From: Perkinsus chesapeaki ATCC PRA-425
Lineage: Eukaryota; Protista; Perkinsozoa
Length of the DNA: 64,000 nucleotides
Direction of reading: 5' to 3'
Assembly: GCA_013115145.1 (NCBI GenBank)
Contig: JAAPAO010000019.1
Span: 1-64,000, forward strand
The notes below the pieces were generated by a model, which searched no databases, had not been told where the DNA came from, and saw only the letters and a program-made list of their open reading frames with translations. The translations under genes were made by a program, and so were the position numbers. Shown one piece after another: positions 47,971-60,901 of the stretch (the first letter of the stretch is position 1; every line of letters starts with the position of its first letter).

Positions 47971-49560
47971 CTAGCCACCTCTCACAGAGGATGAAGGCTG
48001 CGCACCACACCTTCCCATGTCTTTAGCAAGATTACAGGCCCTAAAATATTTCTTGCCACAATGCTCACAACGTGAACAAGTAAATATTTTCGGCGCTCTC
48101 GGCACTGTGGGGATATGAGCTTGAAGAAAACTCTCTTGCCAGCATAAATGCTTCAGCAAGCGACTTACAAGGCCCAAAAAGGTTAGCATCAGCCTTGAGA
48201 CTGGTCTGCCACACCGCAGGCGGCCTCCCGCGTCTTTAGTAAGCTTCAACCTGCAGGATTTCTCTACCAAGCCACCAAAGCCTTTTGTAGAATAAATCCT
48301 CGCTGCCCATCGCATTGCGATGCTCGCAATCTCCTCTAACTCAGAGGCTCTGAGCTAAAACATGCTTCGTCACTCAAAGGATCGATCAAAAAGGGGAAGC
48401 ATTTCCCAAACTGCTCTCCGTGTACCCTATCCCCGAGAGTCAGTCCCAATGACATCCTCCTACAGTGATTAAGTAACACGTCAAGAGTCTTGACGTCTTG
48501 ACTCAAGACGCCTCAACGAGTCTTCATGATAAGGAACTGTTTCCAAACCATAAAGTACCGAAGCCAGTACGCCTTATGATAGTCTCCTTGGAAGTCAGCG
48601 ACACCTTAGTCGACTTCAAAACCACCGCTAGGCTACTTAGTTTCCCAAGGGCTGCTGTGGCACGATCATCGTCCCACGACGTCGAGGGGCGTCACCAAGT
48701 TCTTTCCTTTCGGAAAGAGGCTACCCAAATAGACAAATTTATCTACTTCCTCAACTTCAGAATCACCAACCTTCAACCGCAGATTGAAATCGCCTAATCC
48801 GGGATTAGCAATCCCTCAGACAAGAGCAAGCTTTTCGTCTTTGACGGGGAAAGGCCCATGATGGAACTATCTCTGCGATGGAACTTGCATCCCGAACGGT
48901 TTGCGCCGAACCTAGCTATTGATGCCGAGAGCTTATCAAGATTTCGCTGAAGAGCTGAATCATCGTCAGCTCATAAAACAATGTCGTCTGCAAACAGAAG
49001 GCATGAGAGGTTTACGGACTCTGCAATGCCCTCCTTTTAACAAGGGATACTCAAGGCAAATTAGCATCTCTGAGCACCATTTCCATAAAGATGATGAACA
49101 AAAGAGGGGCTATACGGGACCCTTGTCGTCAACAAGTTGTCGAGCTCCCTTACCGATAGAAAAAGGCTCCGAGTCTCGGAGTCCGAGATACAGCTTCGAG
49201 TCTGGACTTGGGCAACAGTGTTTCGGTGTAGCGGCTCAACAGCTGCTATCAGCTTTTCATCGCAACCGGCCAACCTGAGGGCATGCCAGATGGCAGAACG
49301 AGGTACCTTATCGAAGCCTGCTTTTAAATCCAGAAAGACAGCGGAGAGCCTACAACCGTTACGGTTACGAGCTTCCTGGCATGGAGTTGACACAGAGCAA
49401 CTTATTGAGGGCCAGGAGAACAATCTGCAACATAAGCAGCTGGATGACCACTGCTTAGGTTCGCGAGTTTTTTCGGGTGTTTTTGTATGGCTGGTGAGGC
49501 GTTTCGTATTTCTACAAAGGCACCCATAGTTTGTGGCTGCGCTTACTTAGATCGCAGCTT
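47971..49560 (-). mobile_element. Decayed non-LTR retrotransposon (RTE-like LINE fragment)
   Basis: RT motifs VFLDLKAGFDKVPRSAIWHAL and LSCLLFADDIVL* (about 48970-49010), with stops and frameshifts; downstream C2H2-like CEHCGKKY as in RTE C-termini. Confidence 0.8.
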
Positions 49561-49962
49561 GGCATCCCGAAGTTGGGGAGCTCGCTAGTAACGTAGGCAC
49601 ACCCGCGTTGCTTGTGAAAACATAACTTGCTAACAGCTTGAAGCTGTCAGCTTCTTTTTATTTGTAAGTTAGAGACTAATGCAGAGTATCATTTCCCCCT
49701 CGCCCTCTAGATTCACTGGTATCTTAACAGAACAAAAATCAACGGGTTGAACTGGAAACTTCCAGATAACGTGAGTATAAGCCTCTACAACAATCTGTGG
49801 TACACGACGGGTGTCGTGGGACCCATAGAGCGAACTGCGCCAAGCAGCTAGTGAATGTGTAGTACTCGCTGCCATTTGCAAGCGTTTATGAGATAGCTCG
49901 TTATAATGAGGATATTTCCTCATAAAGTAAAGACAACAAAGAAGAGCTAAAGCGCTCAGACA

Positions 49963-50529
49963 TTACTGCCCAGCATTCAGGCAGGGGAATGGTTCATCAA
50001 AGCTGTGAGTACAGCGATGGAGAGTCATGTTATATTCACTGTTACCAAAGACAACTTCGTCAGTCAGTGGCCTGTAGAAGAAAATGGTGTTGTTCTCATG
50101 ACGATTCACGAAGTCGAAACCGAAGTCAACATTCAAAGCATACAGTACGTAGTTACCATTATCCTCATGTCCGACAGTGAACCCAATTAAAGTGTTGGTG
50201 GAGGTTACGTCCCGCATCCTCGGCACAAATTCTTTATCAGCACCATGGAGTTCCACAGTGAACTCAAGTACAGTGCTGGTGTAGGCGACGTCCCTCACCC
50301 TCTGAACGCGGTCTTTATCAGCAGAACGGAACTTCACGGTGAATACATCGGCAACGGGGCTAATGTTGAAGGACACCGAAAAAGCTGTGTCATAAGGCCA
50401 ACTATTCTTGGTAGTTCTTCCAGTGAACAAATGCCACTTGGGAAACGGAGGCTCGTTGCCCATCACGCCAACTTGCTCGCCGAGAACCAATAAGATAGCA
50501 GGTAAGATGCTGAAATTGATACACTTCAT
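49963..50529 (-). CDS. Intronless secreted protein (188 aa) with an internal 27-aa duplication
   Basis: Signal-like MKCINFSILPAILLVLGEQVGVMG; repeat KFRSADKDRVQRVRDVAYTSTVLEFTV / ELHGADKEFVPRMRDVTSTNTLIGFTV. Confidence 0.75.
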   Translation of the reverse strand: MKCINFSILPAILLVLGEQVGVMGNEPPFPKWHLFTGRTTKNSWPYDTAFSVSFNISPVADVFTVKFRSADKDRVQRVRDVAYTSTVLEFTVELHGADKEFVPRMRDVTSTNTLIGFTVGHEDNGNYVLYALNVDFGFDFVNRHENNTIFFYRPLTDEVVFGNSEYNMTLHRCTHSFDEPFPCLNAGQ

Positions 50530-51698
50530 TTAGTTGCAAGTATCAGTGTTGAGTTTGAGACTTAACTCCTAAGAAAACACATCCGTATGTTATACCACGT
50601 TACATACGAAGCACCAACTCGCACAAACATCGAGCAACGCTGAATAATGCCAACGCAATGCCTTCTGCGGCAAAGTTTACGCTCACATACAAGGAAACCT
50701 CGGACCACACAGAAAACATTATGATGTTTTAGCGGAGAACTCGAAGTGCGATCTCTGGCGGGCCTATTTGGGCCATAGTCCCCTCGACCGCGCTAAGCTT
50801 CTTTGCACGGATGCGCAACCGAACTCGTCCGCCCTTTACTGTCTACGGAGAAGTGGAAGAGATATGTTGTACATGTTCACGCCGTGAACTTCACGGCTAG
50901 AATCGTCTATATTATAGTGACCTCCGGATTCCGGAAGAACAGTAGACTTGACGCCGAGTGTAGAGAAAAACGGAATGAAGGATCCCCAGACAAATGTGAG
51001 TCAGAGCAAAAACCCGGAAACCCACGTGGCGCTCACATCGGGTGGGTCACGTCATGTGACCGAATGACGCTGTCTATAATTCTTATTCAGAGGGGAAAAT
51101 ATTGCGTGTGTTAGCTGAGAGTCCTCGAGGAAACGAGTTGCGGCATCCGCTGGTAGCACAGTGCTACTAGCACTAACCAGATGACTACAGTACAGTTGTA
51201 CACGTGAACTGGAATTTTGCATACTCTTTCCCTTATGTGAAACGGTTAGGTTCACGTACAAGAGTACTTGGTAATGTCTAGATATTATTAGGTTTCACTC
51301 TTTTCTCGTTTTGAATAATTCTACGAGTCGAAGAGTACCACTTGCCGCTTTTCAAAAGCGGCTTTTGGCTTGCCCAAGTAATTGACGTGCATTTGTAGTT
51401 GGTCAGACAAAGAGCCTTAGCATTTATACTGCCAACGGTACCCCTTATACGTGTGTCTTTTGGTGGCGTAAAGGGTTATGTTGACCAGCTTTGGGCGTTA
51501 AGCACACTTGTGTTGTTGAGGAACTTGACCGACACAACAGCTGCTGAAAAGAAACCCTTTTGGTCTTAAACATCAGAAAACAACAAATGAAACGCATTAC
51601 AGCCTCTTAGAGGCCTTCGCGGAAAACTTGAAAAATGGCTCATTCCAGCCGACTAAAGCCTACAAAGACGTGTGAGCCAGGCTCACCGACTAAACTGT

Positions 51699-53960
51699 TT
51701 ATACATAAGTATCGGTAGATGTGTTCCAAGAAATAACAGAAAACAAGTCGGCGACTTGCTCCTTGGGAACACAACGGTTTCGTCTAGCGATGGCCACTGT
51801 AGTAGAATGAATACAATCGCCTGAGACGGAGAGATGACCGTTCCAGATTCCTATTCGGGCATACGTACCTTTATCTGGTCCAGTGAGGTACTCAACTACA
51901 CTGCCGAGTTGACCGGCAGCGCAACTGTGGCCAGCACCGACAAAAAGCAACGGAGGTGGCCGCGCCTCTACCGTATCGACTAAATCAAGAGGGATTGAGT
52001 ATATCCAGGCAAAACTAACGTACGCGAGGCCGCCCTCAGAATCAATTGGTGGCCAACTTGAAGGCTATCGCTGTGGGAGGCCATCTCAAGGTTAAAGGAA
52101 ACGTTGGCTGCCTTCGATGCGGATATGAAGTGATCAACTCTGTGAAGGACAGCCGTGCCTGAGCGACTGTACAAGTTTAACGAGTCATGACGATCTCACT
52201 GGAGGCTCCATTGATGAAAATTGTCCTTTTATCGAGCTGCCACTGACCGCTAAGCATGTTATCTGTATGCATTACGACCGGCACCTTGAAAATACTATCA
52301 AAAAGATGGGGAATTTAGACCCTACAAAAAGACCTGTCACGGTGATGCCAGGGGAGGTGCCTTCTGAGCGTTTGGCGATGCCATAGGCTAGTTTAAGGGC
52401 GCTCATAGCTCCCTGAGAAAACACGGAGGAGGGATAGTTAAGAATATCTTACCTCAGCGTCTCTGGCACCAATACCGACCAGCATGTTTTCGACGTATTT
52501 GCAGCTCAACGGAATAACACTTCGTGCGAGGACAATATCACAGTCAGTGTTGAGAATCTGAACCATACAGGATGAGTAAATTCGGATATTATAACGATAT
52601 AATTTCCAACGATATGAAACATAGCTAAGGTGCCTACTCCCCCAGTAGACAACACTGTCGGTGTATCCTCAAGAAAATATAAGCATGCATTCGTTTATAC
52701 TTATACAAGTTGGATAGCCTTCTAGCGACAACTCTCCGATGAACAAGTCACATCATCGTTGTCTACGAGCCTCAACTTTGGGAACCACAACCGAAGCCGC
52801 AGCCTTCACACTCAACATTGAAATGCTCAATCTTACGATTTCTCTGTGACGAGTTTGAACTCTTCCTGAATCCCCTACAATTAGCATATCTGCATTCTTA
52901 GACAGTTCAACAACTATGGGGAGGAACTCTCCCTCAGCAATGCGGATTATCTCTATCTCGAAAGTAACAGTGGGGTTGATGAGTCTTGCCTGAAACTCTA
53001 CTGGAAGAGCCCAACGCAACTGCCGAGCTCACTCGTCGGCGCGCCATCAGCTGCATCTCGGCCGACTGTGCGGTAACTTCGCCTCGAACGAAATGAACAG
53101 CTTTGAAGGCTTCGCCGGGTTTGACGAGACGCATGCCCCAGTCGACAACGGGCTCCCACTTCTCACTCGCTAGTAGTAACACCTGAGCACGATGTGATGA
53201 AGGATTACCAGAGAATTGAACCGCGGACCTTACCGCCTTCAAGCGTCCTTCTGAGGGTGTCGTTTCTTGCTCCGTTGGTCCATAGGAAGCTTCTGTGAGA
53301 TAAAGTGAAGACTTTTGGCCTAGACAGAAGGGCTCACCTGACTCGGCTACTATCTCTTCCGGCGGGACGAGTTGGCGAGATATATCCAAAAGCCTCTGAG
53401 TTATATAGGCCAATCTCTTTGACTCGCAACGGCTCGCTCGAAGAATTGCAAACGGCGTGATGAGAACCTGATGCGGAGGTCTAGGAAATCCACAAGCCTG
53501 AGAGTCGATTCGATAGACATCGGGGATCTTACTGTGCTGTGTGAGGAGAGGGCCATCTTTAGAGTACGAGGAGAAGCCACAACGGACTGACAGAAAAGGC
53601 ATCGATGAGGCGACGGCCTTGGAGCTCTCACTTGTATTCGTATTTCGACATCAATTGCCCAGGACTCGATGAGCCTTTGAAGCTCATGAGAGCAATTACA
53701 GGAAGTTATGCAATCGGCGAAACCCATACTGGGAGAATCGGAAACCACAACCGACATGGTACAGAGGTGCACGAGTCGAAGGCCTAACCGGAACGGACTG
53801 GATAGTTGTAGCTGATCTGGCCTACGACGGGTCTCGTTGCTGTTTCGAAGCGACCGGCTCAGAAGAATATCTTTTGCAGAGCTCAGAGCACGGGTCGAGT
53901 TATTGTGATCGTTACAAAATACTATAACGTCGAGCTCTCCGCGAGTATCTGAGGAATACG
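51699..53960 (-). CDS. Universal stress protein (USP) domain gene or genes, up to three modules; boundaries approximate
   Basis: VLLLASEKWEPVVDWGMRLVKPGEAFKAVHFV...VELSKNADMLIVGDSGR...AASVVVPK; second module MLVGIG...SALKLAYGIAK...VTGLFV...FVGAGHSCAAGQLGSVVEYL; weak third module upstream (STRALSSAKDIL, LRLVHL). Confidence 0.6.
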
Positions 53961-54993
53961 GTAACTTAACAGAAGATTCTGAACAGAAGATTTACCATGC
54001 TGAGTGGAACATGCAGAAGACCCATCAAAAGATTCTTGGAGGTCGAGTTCAGTCGCAGCTGTGCCGACCTAAAAGAGGATTCCCCAAATTGGAAGTGAAT
54101 GTGAACGCGTTACTGAGAGCGTCTCGGCATGATGGCCGAGGGGGGCCTCTTTCGATAACAGCTCGTTATTCGGAATCATAGATTTATCGATAATAAAAAA
54201 CTAAGACTGCAGATTGCTGCTGGAGGGCTCCACCGTCACCGTGACACCAACGCAGGCGTCGCAAAAGTTCCGTGAGATTCGTGCTTCACTCATGAAGTTC
54301 GTCGGAACGTTGCTTGTTGAGTAGTGCAATGTAAAGGTGCTCCAATGTTTCTAGTTATATCACTTGAGACCGAAAGATATTGTTGGTATAAGGAAATGTG
54401 ATGTTGGCGGTAGTCGGTAACCGAATTGGGAAACTCACTATGTCACAGCGGCTGTGATACTTTGTTTTCATTTTACTTGAGTTTTTTTAATAACCATCTA
54501 CAAGCCGGATCCCAAATCACGCCGTAGATGTTCATTTAATAAATAAAAATTTAGCAACTCGGCTTTGCCCGAGTTCAGCACTGCCGAGCACATCTTACCA
54601 GGTCAGCAACAACAGCTGTTGGGGAAGTACCACCCCTTGATCAGTAATGCTGTGCTCGGCTATGATACGACTCGGGTCTGCGATTTAGTTGAACAGCGCA
54701 ACTTGGGCAAGTTTGAATAAAAATTTTTGAAGCGGCGCGAAAATACTTAACTGAGAATTGAACCTGGGCGATGTGCTTACAGGCGAAGTGTCGCTCCGCC
54801 GACCGTTGGGCCATTTTTCATTTTTGTGCGATACGCATTATGGAACGTTACTAATGTTGCGTTCAAGAAGACCGTTAGTTGGTCGACGAATACCAACGGT
54901 GTCTACTGATTGCTTTGAAGATGCAAAACAGGTTGAGTTAGGTTGGACCTGATGTTCATGCGTGCAGGTCATCATCAAGTTGTTCTTCATTAA

Positions 54994-55575
54994 ATGACAA
55001 CTCCGTTAGAGAAGCCCGTGGAAGTCATTGAAAGCTCCGGTGAGGAAACCGATGAATTCTCAGATGAAATCGAAGATCTTCCAAGTGCCGAGAGAATTGT
55101 ATCAGCCTCGGAGAAACTGAGAATGATTGCCTCAAAGGAGCCTCCAGAGAGCGACAAAGCCATCAGCAGCGAACTACTCAGAAGCGCTCTGCTCGACCAG
55201 ATCGGTCGGGGCACCATCCACGGTGATGCCACCCCGAACAACCTTCTTGCCGACGACCCTGAACGTGTAGGATGACAGCTTCAAATCCTTATGAGAAATT
55301 TTTATTAGGTATTAGGTTTGCTGGTGACAGCCGATCCAAGGCGCATCCGTACCCATACCGAACTTCTCTGTCAACGTTTAGGTTTGGGCAGGCCCCATGT
55401 CCATGTGAACAAGCAAAGTCTCACAGCTGCCGCTAAGAACGCTACAACTGACCCGGACGCCTCGATCATGTCGATAGACTTCGGGAACCATCCATTTTTT
55501 ATGAGACATGAGTCTTGGTCGGGCCCCACTGGAAGGACTTGTCGTATTGCGAGGAGAAACACAGATTTCGAGTAG
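54994..55575 (+). CDS. Hypothetical two-exon protein with an acidic N-terminus
   Basis: join(54994..55264,55316..55575); a 51-nt GT-AG intron joins two ORF-track segments in frame. Confidence 0.55.
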
Positions 55576-55746
55576 CAGTCTTTGCGCTGTCGGCCAGAGC
55601 ATGCCCTTCGACGCTCGTCGGCCGGAGAGATGGAGAAGAATTTTGCCAACAAGTTTATACTTATCAGTTTTACATCCTTTTCATTTATTGTGTGTTTTGT
55701 TGTTTTCTTTGTTAACGAACTTAGGTTATTATTTGTCTTTATTATT

Positions 55747-57762
55747 ATGAGTGTGCAACAAGCAGATGAGATGATTAAAGAGGCAGAGAAAAAGGCCCAA
55801 GGGGTGAGCTTGGCGGCGGCGGCAGGGACGGCTCTATATGGGGATGATGCTCTTTAATTTACAACATTTCTCGACCAAAAAAATTTTATAAAAATACGCG
55901 TTGTAGCACTGTTACGGCTTGCAGCTCACTTGTAGGGATATAATTTATGAAGGTCTAAGATACTTTTTAAGTCGGGTATTGTTCTCCTTCCTTATCAGTC
56001 CAAAGGTCTTTTCTCTTTTCTCGGCGGAGGGCCCAGCTACGATGAGGCAGCCGAGCTCTACAAGAACGCTGCAAATCAGTTCAAGCTCGCCAAGGATTGG
56101 AACCGGGCAGCTGAGACTTTGGTAGGAAGGTCGAAGTTTCATTTTATTATTGTTGGCAGGTGCTCGCTGGGGAGATGATGGGAAAGTACGGTTCGGCATC
56201 GGACGAAGCTCATTTTTACGAAGAAGCGGGCAACGCCTTCAGACGAGCTGATAGGGTCCATGATGCAACAACATGGTCAGGCTGGATGCTGTGTAGTTTC
56301 GATAGGTTTGAGGGTTAGGTACGAGCATGCTGTTAATATATATAGCTCAGCAGGCCGCTTTCAAGCTGGAGGAAAGATTTTACGAACAAGTAGTTTGGGT
56401 TATTAAGGGGTATACTTTAGGAAAAATATACGCGATGACTATAGACTTGGCTACCCGTGTTGATTGTCTCCTTCCTGCTAGTTTAGAAGTATGTTCTCTT
56501 TTCTAAGTGTTGATAATTGAAGGCTTATTCTGCTGAAATGTTTCAAGCTCTCAATAGCCCTTGGGACTCTTCCTTAGTACAAAGCATTATATCTACAGAA
56601 TTCGGTATAGTGCGAGTCCGTCGGAATTCCCAGTGGTGGATTTTCCTTGTATATATCTCTTCTTTTGTAGTTGCTGAAATGGAAGAGGAAGACATCGATA
56701 CCAAACCTGATGAGGCGCTTAAATATTACAAAAAAGCCGCTGATATGTTTGAAATGGACGAGTGGGTTGGTGGTGGTGCTATGTCCCTAAAGTCATGCCG
56801 GTAGATACAGCAAGGCGCCGCATTCACAGTGCATGTTGAAGGTGGCTGAGCTATCAGCTGAGGTCGGAAAGTATGAAGATGCTGCTAAGATATTTGAGAA
56901 GGAAGGTAGTTCATTGGGGAGGGCACTTCCGAATTAATAGAAATATCTCAGCGGTGAAAAATCCCTAGCGGATGATGAGATATAATGTTTTGTGAGGCTA
57001 TAGCCTCCGCCCGCAGAAATGGGATATGTATCAGAGTTGTATCATCACATTAGCAGCAATTGATGTTGGCCATTCGCTCTCGTTTGAAAGATCATGAACC
57101 TACGATGGGAATCTATCCCTTCAACGGGGTTGGAGGCGTGTAGAACGTTCTATTATACTTTGGCGTAGATATTTTGCACTGAAAGTGCTCATTTCACCGA
57201 ACCTTCGAATGCATCCCTTGGTACCAGTAGAGCTGATTGGACTTGAATGCGCGCTTACTTTAGGAGAGAAGGCTCTTCATAATTCAATGCTGCAGTTTGG
57301 GGCTCGGGAGCACTTCCTCAAGGCTGGCATAATGTGGATGTGTGCCGGTGATCCTGTAACAGCGAGCATTGCTGTTGAGAGGTTAGCAGCTCTAGTGATG
57401 GGGAATGGTGGTGAGGAGGAGGAGGTTGGTTAGGTATATGTCGGAGGATCCGAGATTGGCAACTTCACGCGAGGGAGAATTGTTGCAAGACATCACTCAA
57501 GCTTTCTCAAATAACGATGTTGATGCCTTCGTAGATGCCCTCCATAAGTAGGGGAGTATCTTAGCTTGAAGCGCGCGTTATGTGCATGCGTGCTACTATC
57601 TTAGGTATGATTCAGTAACACGATTGGATGCGTGGAAGACGGAGATGCTTTGCAAGGTAATCGAACACCCCTTCTGAAGTGGCATTCTTTGGAGTATTTC
57701 AGGTTAAAGAGATCATGGCCCCAAGCGCTGAGAATCAGGCTAATGAGGTTGATCTGACCTAA
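55747..57762 (+). CDS. SEC17: Alpha-soluble NSF attachment protein (alpha-SNAP/Sec17)
   Basis: ADEMIKEAEKK, FSFLGGG..YDEAAELYKNAANQFKLAKDW, ALKYYKKAADMF, CMLKVAEL...KYEDAAKIFE, LQFGAREHFLKAG, DPRLATSRE..LL, YDSVTRLDAWKT.ML, NEVDLT*. Confidence 0.93.
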
Positions 57763-59326
57763 GATTCCTCTGCATTCGGTGGCAGCGTCGCGCTGTCTGT
57801 GTGGCGGCCTTATAGTATGTTGCTAGAAGAGGTCACCTTTAGGGTAGCAGTATTTTTTGGCGCGTCTCTCGTAGACTGGTGAGTTGTGTTACTAGAAGTG
57901 TGTAGATATCTCATTTTTGTTGCTAGCACGTTGAGCGGGATGCAAGCATGAACGCGTGCCGCTTAGTTGCAGTGGGTTGGAGTAGGTTCAGTGGATGCAT
58001 CATCTAGATATGGTTGACTTCAGTATATCTTGTTCCTTGGAAATCCCTTCAGCCGTATCGTTTGACCCTAGAAGTGTCCGTCGGTCTTTGACTAGACCAC
58101 CCATGGGGCAGCTTCCCCAATTTGTCAAGGTCCACTATCCAGCTTCCTCTCGGCCTCGAACGCAGAGGATGAGGAGGAGCTCATCTGAGGAGGAATTTCG
58201 TAAGTTAATTCCAACCTCAGCTGTACACTCTGTTGCTCAGATTCCACCAAGCCAGAAGCCTCTTCGTCGAGGACCAAGATAGCTTCTTTAAAACGTGTAC
58301 ACTTCGCATCGTCTGCGACTGTAGATAGCATCTCAGGCAGCACGGAGGCGTCCGACAGTTCTTTCCTTGTCGAGGATTAACTCCGCATTGCTGCAGTATC
58401 ATTTTCCCTTTGACCATTAACGTCTACCGTGTTTCATGTTCGATGGCGATTTTGCGCGTTAAAATCCGCACATTTGCTGTCACTATTTGTTGACCTCCTC
58501 TAGGTTGGGGGTTGCGCACTTTGCCAGCCCTCAGAAGGTTAGGTTGACATATACATTTCCAGTGTGAGAAAGATACTTTTTCATGTAGATATGTGCCGAT
58601 GGGCCAGTGAGACAATGATTGTCTCTTTCTTCCCCTTGATTCGCTCGCAATTGTGTATCTACGCATATTTCGAGGCCAGGGCTTCATCGCCCGAACAAGC
58701 AAATAGTCATTCTCTTATTGTTACTTTTGCTGCTGTGGCGTTGTCAATCAGTGCATGAGGAATCCAAACTAAGCTACGCATGACCAAGGCTTCAAAAGGT
58801 CAACCAGTTGAACCGTTAATTGATGGGCATTTAGCCCGAATAGGAGCAACACATGAAAATGGGGCAGAAACGCGTACAATGTTGAGCAGCAAATGGGAGA
58901 GAGGTCAGGCAACACGAACCAACCATGGCATAGTAACGCAATCGAACCGCATTCGCCTCGACCACTTACCGAACTCCTCTCCCAACGTTGCAAACTAACT
59001 GAGTGTCGGGTGACCACCGGCAGTAGGAAACATCTGAAGGCTGTGTCAGCTGAAGGATACATTGCTCGGCTTCCATCGAGTAACAGTGCAACTCCGTTCA
59101 ATATTAGCAATTAGTAAAAAACCTGTAGATGTTTGCCGACACTTCACTGCTGGATTATGTAGTTGTCTGCATAGACTGGCAAAGAAGGAAAACTTTGGAA
59201 ACTTGGCAGAGGCCTTCCTACGACGATCGGAGAAGGAAATTCTAGACCTCGCGTTAGAGATCCTGCCGACGGATCCTCACACATTGGAGCGTTAAAATTG
59301 ATGAGCTGTCAGGAGTTTATTTCTGA

Positions 59327-60901
59327 ATGGATGTCATCGTGAGACTGAGGAAGTGCAGTGAAAATACACAATTACCATCAGCCACTACTAAGACAGATTC
59401 ATCATCCCTATCGGTAGGCACCGATACTCCTATTCGGCTCCCATCCGTGTTCAATTAGGTTGCGGGAAACTCTGTTCGAAGTTCTCCTACTTGGATGAGT
59501 TTCGCTTCGGTTATTGATTGTCAAGACGTCGATACCGAGCAGCGAGAAGTGTACACTAAAGTGGCCGCTAAAGCTGTTCACAGTGTAGCGACAGGTAAGC
59601 CTTGCAATGGCATTCTCCCTTCATTACTTTGTCATGCAGGGTTGTCGGATGCATGCATACTTGTGTACGGTCAAACTGGGGCTGGCAAAACCCGGACTGT
59701 CTTTGGTGCACCTGGTTTCTGGCGAAGCAGTCTAAGCGAGGCTACCGCTGAGGACGCGGCATCCGCCGGGTTACTTCCACGATCGGTCGGAGTCATTTTT
59801 CGTATCCTTTCCGAGAGGCACGACGACGCACCGGAAATCTTTGTAAGCTGCGCCGAGCTTTATCAAGGACAAATCCGAGATCTTATATTTCCAGACAGAA
59901 AGCCCCGACTGCTCGGCAACCGAGCCGGCAGCCACAACTTAGTCGATATTGGCTGGCTTCGGGTAATCGATACGACTGAGTTTTGCGACTCAGTACGTCG
60001 ATGCGCATCTCACAGGATGACATCTTCAACAAAAGGCAACGCTGTTAGCAGCAGAAGCCATTGCTTCTTTTACGTTAAAGTCGGTTCGCGTGTTCTTACC
60101 ATTGTCGATTTGGCTGGGAGCGAACGGCTTGCTAAGCACAGCAAATCGCGCAGCTTGAAGCTTCAGTCAGAAACGAGAACTATCAATTTGAGTCTGAGTT
60201 GGCTCTCGCACTGTTTCAAAGCGGTCTCGGTGGGCCAAAAGCCACCCGTACGAGAATCGGTTCTCACGAGGCTGCTTCATGGCGCCATAGTTGGCGACCA
60301 ATACACCGCCCTGTGTCTTTGTGTAACTGACCGATATGGCGACTTAGAAGAGACTCGCAGCACACTAGGGTTCGGGCAGCTCGTTCAAAAGGCTGCTCGG
60401 AGACTCCAAGTGGAGGAACCTCCCTCCACGACCGACGATACCGATACGAATGATGGACAAGTTGACGACTATATATCATCCAAGCTGGCTCTCAAGGCGA
60501 CCCGAGCGGACATAGCTGATTTACAGGCTTATGTGAGAGAGCTAAGCCGTCTCTGTTCTGGTAATCACAAGAGCTTCAAGAGGGCACTGAAAGCTGATGT
60601 TGCCGTGCTTAAAGAGGGGATTGACGAAACAGATAAAGATTCCAGCATTGAGGAATCTAAAGGCCAACCTGCGGTATTTTCGGTGCAGAATGCAGCAAGT
60701 GAGATATTACGAAGACTGAAAGAACGCGACAATAATGCGAAGGCTTCTCCGACGCGCCTGACGAACTCGGTCAGAGAGGCCGTTTATGCCAGTCGAGTGA
60801 AACGGCTGAGCGATTCGGATACGGCTAGAACACGAAGCACTACTGCTACTGATGACAAACACTGCATTAACCGATGTTATGAGCTTTTAGGCGCTGGTTG
60901 A
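59327..60901 (+). CDS. Kinesin motor-domain protein (N-terminal motor, short coiled tail)
   Basis: join(59327..59413,59459..59594,59640..60901): MDVIVRLR, P-loop YGQTGAGKT, switch I NAVSSRSH, switch II DLAGSER, INLSLSWL, TRSTLGFG. Confidence 0.92.

Noticed and set aside
54600-54625. SRP RNA helix-8 or SECIS interpretation of the palindromic element
   Set aside because: The stem around the GCAA loop does not pair and there is no AUGA/GA quartet.
59128-59175. CCCH finger-like VCRHFTAGLCSCLH
   Set aside because: Spacing after the second Cys is wrong and the gene model is unresolved.
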